Of a stretch of 64,000 nt of DNA, positions 59,673-64,000 are shown one piece after another. The translations under genes and the position numbers were made by a program. Every line of letters starts with the position of its first letter. Positions within the stretch are counted from its first letter, which is position 1. Origin of the DNA: an uncultured Chloroflexia bacterium (GTDB lineage: Bacteria > Chloroflexota > Limnocylindria > Limnocylindrales > CSP1-4); the NCBI GenBank assembly GCA_963748625.1, contig CAVVJT010000007.1, forward strand, positions 128,001 through 192,000, given 5' to 3'. Under the pieces are notes generated by a model, which worked only from the letters and a program-made list of their open reading frames with translations, had not been told where the DNA came from and did no database searches.

Positions 59673-60592
59673 CGGGCGCCCTCCAGCTCGGGCTGGGGAG
59701 CCCTGACGAGGTCGAGGAAGAGCTCCTCCAAGGTCTGCCGGCCAGGATCCACCGCGTGGATGCGCCCGCCGGCGGCCACGACGGCCGCGACAAGGTCTGG
59801 GACGCGCTCGGGATCGATCGGGCGGATCACCGTCCAGCCTTCCTCCTCGTACGCCCGGCCGAAGGCGGCGAACGGGTCGGCGCCGGGCGGGAGGTCGCTC
59901 ACCCGGATCCGGACGGCCTGCTCGCCCAGGAGGCTGGTGAGCGAGCCCGCGGCCACCACGCGGCCCTTGTTGACGATCGCCACCCGGTCGCACAGGCGCT
60001 CGACCTCGCCAAGGAGGTGGGAGTTGAGGAGCACGGCCGACCCGCGTTCGCGGGCGTGGCGGATGATGGCGCGCACGTCGTCACGGCCCACCGGGTCCAG
60101 CGCAGACGTGGGCTCGTCGAGGATGACCAGCGCCGGGTCGCCCAGGAGCGCCGCGGCCAGGCCCAGGCGTTGCTGCATGCCCTTGGAGAAGCCGCCCGTC
60201 CGGTCGCCTGCCCTTGCCGCAAGGCCCACCAGGTCCAGCACCCGGTCGATCTCAGCCTGGCGCGCCGCACCGGGGATGCCCGCGAGCGACACGTGGAGCT
60301 TGAGCACCTCGCGTGCGGTGAGCCAGGCCTGGTAGCGGAAGAGCTCGGGCAGATAGCCGATCCGCCGGCGCGCGTCCCGGTCGCCGAGGGGGCGGCCGAG
60401 CACGGTGCCTGCACCCCCGCTGGCGCGGGTCAGGCCGAGCAGGAGCTTGACCGAGGTGGTCTTGCCGGCCCCGTTCGGGCCGAGGAAGCCGAAGACCTCG
60501 CCCGGCTCGACGTGGAGGTCGAGTGACTCGAGGGCGACGGTGGAGCCGTAGACCTTGCGCAGGCCGGTGGTCTCGATGGCGGGGGTGCTCAC
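59669..60592 (-). CDS. ABC transporter ATP-binding protein
   Basis: GPNGAGKTT, FSKGMQQR, ILDEP, NSH. Confidence 0.93.
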   Translation of the reverse strand: MSTPAIETTGLRKVYGSTVALESLDLHVEPGEVFGFLGPNGAGKTTSVKLLLGLTRASGGAGTVLGRPLGDRDARRRIGYLPELFRYQAWLTAREVLKLHVSLAGIPGAARQAEIDRVLDLVGLAARAGDRTGGFSKGMQQRLGLAAALLGDPALVILDEPTSALDPVGRDDVRAIIRHARERGSAVLLNSHLLGEVERLCDRVAIVNKGRVVAAGSLTSLLGEQAVRIRVSDLPPGADPFAAFGRAYEEEGWTVIRPIDPERVPDLVAAVVAAGGRIHAVDPGRQTLEELFLDLVRAPQPELEGAR

Positions 60593-60717
60593 GACACCAT
60601 TCTGCGGTGGACGGCGGAATCCGGCCGCGCACGGTCGACGGCGTACCTCAGGGGCGTCGCCGCGAACGAGCCCTCCGACCCTTGTCACGCGCTCGTTGTG
60701 GGACTGGAATACCGGTC

Positions 60718-61728
60718 GTGCACGAACTCGCGCCGGAGACCCTGGCCTGGCTGCTGGAACCGGACGCACCCGCTGTGCGCCACGTCACCCTCCGCCGCCT
60801 GCTCGACCGGCCTGCTGACGACCCGGAGGTGGTGGCCGCGAGGCACGCTGCGATGGCGGCCGAGCCGATTGCCGCGATCCTCGCCGCGCAGCAGCCCGCG
60901 GGCTTCTGGGAGAAGGAGGGTCCCGGGTACGCGACGAAGTACCGCGGGACCGTGTGGCAGCTGGTGTTCCTCGACCAGCTCGGGGCGGACCCGGCCGACG
61001 GACGGATCGCACGGGCATGTGACTACGTGCTCGGGCACTCCCTCGGGTCGAATGGCGGCTTCGGGGCGTCGGGCGCGCTGGCAGGTCCCCCGCCCTCGTC
61101 GTCCGTGATCCACTGCCTCAACGGCAACCTCGTGCGGGCGCTCATCGGCTTCGGGCGGCTGGCCGACGAGCGGGTCCAGATGGCGATCGAGTGGCAGGCG
61201 CGGGCGATCACCGGCGAGGGCGTCGCCCACTGGTTCGCATCGGGCACATCGGGTCCAGGCTTCGCCTGCGGGCCGAACCAGGGGTTGCCCTGCGGTTGGG
61301 GGGCCGCCAAGGCGATGCTGGCGCTGGCCCGGGTCCCGCCCGCCGCACGGTCACCCCTGGTCGACCGGGCGATCAAGGTCGGCATCGGGTTCCTCCTCGC
61401 CTGCGATCCATCCACCGCGGCCTACCCGATGGGCTGGGGAAACGCCCGGCCGAGTGGCTCGTGGTTCAGGCTCGGTTTCCCGTCGGGCTACGTGGCCGAC
61501 GTCCTGCAGGTGGTCGAGGCACTGAGCGAGCTGGGATGTGCCGGGGACGAGCGCCTTGGGAACGCATTCACGTGGCTGGCCGCCAAGCGCGACGCACGTG
61601 GCCGCTGGCGCAACGAGCACGCGTACAACGGCAAGACCTGGGTCGACATCGAGCGCCAGGGCCAGCCGAGCAAATGGGTGACCCTCCGGGCGGCAGTGGT
61701 CCTCCGGGCCGCGGCGAAGACGGGGTAG
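60718..61728 (+). CDS. Alpha/alpha-barrel (prenyltransferase/squalene cyclase repeat-like) protein; start uncertain
   Basis: WLLEPDAPAVR, ILAAQQPAGFW, PSKWVTLRA conserved pattern. Confidence 0.65.
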   Translation: MHELAPETLAWLLEPDAPAVRHVTLRRLLDRPADDPEVVAARHAAMAAEPIAAILAAQQPAGFWEKEGPGYATKYRGTVWQLVFLDQLGADPADGRIARACDYVLGHSLGSNGGFGASGALAGPPPSSSVIHCLNGNLVRALIGFGRLADERVQMAIEWQARAITGEGVAHWFASGTSGPGFACGPNQGLPCGWGAAKAMLALARVPPAARSPLVDRAIKVGIGFLLACDPSTAAYPMGWGNARPSGSWFRLGFPSGYVADVLQVVEALSELGCAGDERLGNAFTWLAAKRDARGRWRNEHAYNGKTWVDIERQGQPSKWVTLRAAVVLRAAAKTG

Positions 61729-61783
61729 GTCCAGTTCGGGCTGTGACAGCAGAGGTGGCACAGGCGGGAGGCACGCTCCGGGC

Positions 61784-61957
61784 ATGACGAACGCGACCGC
61801 ACCGGAGGCCGGCCCCATGCTCTTCGCGGACTGCCCGTTCTGCGACGCCCCGGCAATCGTGGACGAGGCCACGGGCGCGCTCGCCTGCGAGCCGTGCGCG
61901 CTCACGCTCCCGATCGAGGACGTACCGGCGTCCAGGGAGCTCCCGGCAGCCGCCTGA
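61784..61957 (+). CDS. Small putative Zn-ribbon protein (57 aa, not in ORF track)
   Basis: MTNATAPEAGPMLFADCPFCDAPAIVDEATGALACEPCALTLPIEDVPASRELPAAA; two CxxC pairs; GGAGG upstream of both candidate starts. Confidence 0.6.
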   Translation: MTNATAPEAGPMLFADCPFCDAPAIVDEATGALACEPCALTLPIEDVPASRELPAAA

Positions 61958-61981
61958 TCACCGGAACCCGCAGGGGCTCCC

Positions 61982-63031
61982 TCAGCCGGCGGGTGTGACC
62001 GGCCTGCCGGGCAGCTCCTCGCGCAGGAGCCAGCAGGCGGCCTCGTGCCCCTCGCCCACCATGAGGAGCGGCGGCTCCTCCTCGCGACACCGGTCGAAGG
62101 CGGCGGGGCACCGTGGGTGGAACCGGCAGCCCTTCGGGATGTGGGCGGCGTCAGGGGTCTCGCCAACCAGGATCGTCCGCTCCTGGTGCGTGCCCTCTCC
62201 GGGCGGATCGGGCGACGGTGAGACCGAGACCAGCGCCTGGGTGTACGGGTTGCGGGGCGACCGGATCACGGCTTCCGCAGGACCGATCTCCATGATCCGG
62301 CCCAGGTACATCACCGCGATCCTGTCCGCGATGACCCAGGCGATGGAGAGATCGTGCGTGATGAAGAGGTAGGTCAGGCCGCGCTCGCGTCGCAGCTCCA
62401 GCATCAGGCGGAGCAGCTCGGTGCGGATGGAGACGTCCAGCATCGAGACCGGCTCGTCGGCGACGACGAGGTCAGGATCCATGACCAGGGCGCCAGCGAT
62501 CACCGCTCGCTGGCGCTGGCCCCCGGACAGCTCGTGGGGATAGCGCGCCGCATAGTCCGCGGCGGGGCGCAGGCCCGCGGCTTCGAGCGCGTCGTAGACC
62601 CGCCGATCGCGCTCGTCGCGGGACATCCGCTTGCCCGACACCACGAGGGGCTCCGCCACGAAGTCGCCGATGGTGTGCTTGGGATTGAGCGTCTCGTACG
62701 GATCCTGGAAGATCAGCTGGACGCGACGGCGGTACGCACGCAGCCTGCGCGTGCCCCAGAGGGTGCTGACGTCGGTTCCGTCGAACACAATCCGTCCGGC
62801 GGTCTGCTTGGTGAGCTTGACGACCACGCGCCCGGTGGTGGTCTTGCCGGAGCCGGACTCCCCCACCAGCGCCAGGATCTCGCCCCGGCGGATCGTGAGG
62901 TCGATCCCATCCACGGCCCGCACATAGTTGGCGGCCTTGCCCGTGAGCGTCGCGCCGAGGCTGCGGCGCACCGGGAAATGGACCTTCAGGCCCTCGAGGC
63001 GGAGGAGCTCCTTGCCGTCCGACGCGCTCAT
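61982..63031 (-). CDS. Oligopeptide/dipeptide ABC ATPase (OppF/DppF-like)
   Basis: [36 protein letters not shown]. Confidence 0.93.
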   Translation of the reverse strand: MSASDGKELLRLEGLKVHFPVRRSLGATLTGKAANYVRAVDGIDLTIRRGEILALVGESGSGKTTTGRVVVKLTKQTAGRIVFDGTDVSTLWGTRRLRAYRRRVQLIFQDPYETLNPKHTIGDFVAEPLVVSGKRMSRDERDRRVYDALEAAGLRPAADYAARYPHELSGGQRQRAVIAGALVMDPDLVVADEPVSMLDVSIRTELLRLMLELRRERGLTYLFITHDLSIAWVIADRIAVMYLGRIMEIGPAEAVIRSPRNPYTQALVSVSPSPDPPGEGTHQERTILVGETPDAAHIPKGCRFHPRCPAAFDRCREEEPPLLMVGEGHEAACWLLREELPGRPVTPAG

Positions 63032-64000
63032 GCGGTCCCCTCCTTCGGCACCCTGGCTGACGGAGGCACCCAGACCGGTGGCGTGGGCAGGGCGATGGCG
63101 TCACCGCCAGCCGGGTAGAGGTGGCAGGCAACCCGCACGCCGTCGGGGTAGCGGACCTCGGTGGGCACCTCGGCCCGGCAGACATCCATCGCCTCCTCGC
63201 AGCGGGGCGCGAAGCGGCAGCCCGGCGGCGGGGTGCGCAGGTCGGGCGGGGACCCGGGGATCACATCCAGGGTCCGGCGGTCGGCGTGGATGTTCGGGAA
63301 GGCCGCCAGCAGCTTGCGCGTGTAGGGATGGCGCGGCTGGCTGAAGACGCGCCGGACCGGGCCCTCCTCCGCGACCCGCCCGGCGTACATGACCAGGACC
63401 TTGTCGCAGGTCTCCGCGATCACGGACAGGTCGTGGGTGATGAGCATCAGCGAGAGCCCCAGGTCCCGCCGGAGCTGCTCCAGAAGCTGGAGGATCTGGG
63501 CCTGGACCATCACGTCGAGCGCGGTGGTGGGCTCGTCGCCGATGACCACGGCCGGGTCGCAGGCGAGGGCCATCGCGATCATCGCCCGCTGGCGCATGCC
63601 GCCCGACAGCTCGTGCGGGTAGGCCGCCGCCCGCTTCTTCGGGATGCCCACGAGCTCGAGCAGCTCGCCTGCACGCTTCTGGGACGCTTCGCGGGTCTGG
63701 CCCAGGCGCACCTCCACCGGCTCGGCGATCTGGTCGCCGATCCGCTGCACCGGGTTGAGCGCATTCATCGCGCCCTGGAACACGATGGCGATCTCGCGCC
63801 ACCGGTAGCGGGCGAGCTGGGTCTCGGTCTTCGGCACCAGGTCGATGCCGAAGAGCTCCACCGACCCTGCCTTGATCGCGCCGTTGGCCGGAAGGAGGCC
63901 CACGAGCGAGAGGGCGGTCGTGGTCTTGCCGCAGCCCGACTCTCCGGCGATCCCGAGCGCCTCCCCATCGTCCAGGCGGAAGTTGACGCCGTCCACGGCC
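63028..64000 (-). CDS. Oligopeptide/dipeptide ABC ATPase (OppD/DppD-like), 5' end outside window
   Basis: [37 protein letters not shown]. Confidence 0.93.
   Translation of the reverse strand, partial: AVDGVNFRLDDGEALGIAGESGCGKTTTALSLVGLLPANGAIKAGSVELFGIDLVPKTETQLARYRWREIAIVFQGAMNALNPVQRIGDQIAEPVEVRLGQTREASQKRAGELLELVGIPKKRAAAYPHELSGGMRQRAMIAMALACDPAVVIGDEPTTALDVMVQAQILQLLEQLRRDLGLSLMLITHDLSVIAETCDKVLVMYAGRVAEEGPVRRVFSQPRHPYTRKLLAAFPNIHADRRTLDVIPGSPPDLRTPPPGCRFAPRCEEAMDVCRAEVPTEVRYPDGVRVACHLYPAGGDAIALPTPPVWVPPSARVPKEGTA

Noticed and set aside
60718-61728. Possible nitrogenase NifH label often attached to this family
   Set aside because: No P-loop or NifH cysteine motifs
61784-61957. LysW carrier protein
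   Set aside because: Lacks the C-terminal EDWGE and neighbouring lys/arg genes

Overview
Very GC-rich bacterial chromosome segment with about 62 genes and no rRNA, tRNA or CRISPR array recognised. The gene repertoire (PAC2, F420-dependent DDN-like protein, SpoIID/LytB, LonC-type protease, DUF2089/DUF4097 cluster) suggests a Chloroflexota or Actinobacteria-like organism; this is an inference. Most genes are housekeeping or accessory: three DEAD-box helicases, hydrolases, ABC/MFS transporters and two-component systems. The standout is a four-gene operon at 34592-39065: 2x[4Fe-4S] ferredoxin, NAD(P)H/FAD oxidoreductase, a diheme cytochrome-b-like membrane protein, and a membrane-anchored cytochrome c with 30 CxxCH motifs in ten triheme modules. 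It looks like a self-contained cytoplasm-to-surface electron conduit. Other notable items: an ApbE/MsrQ-like flavinylation cluster, a GreA fused to a degenerate GIY-YIG-like domain, a HipA-like kinase/DUF3037 pair, a dispersed REP/BIME-like repeat family with one copy cut by the end of an IS110 remnant, two single-base frameshifts inside coding tandem repeats, and a small Zn-ribbon ORF missing from the ORF track.
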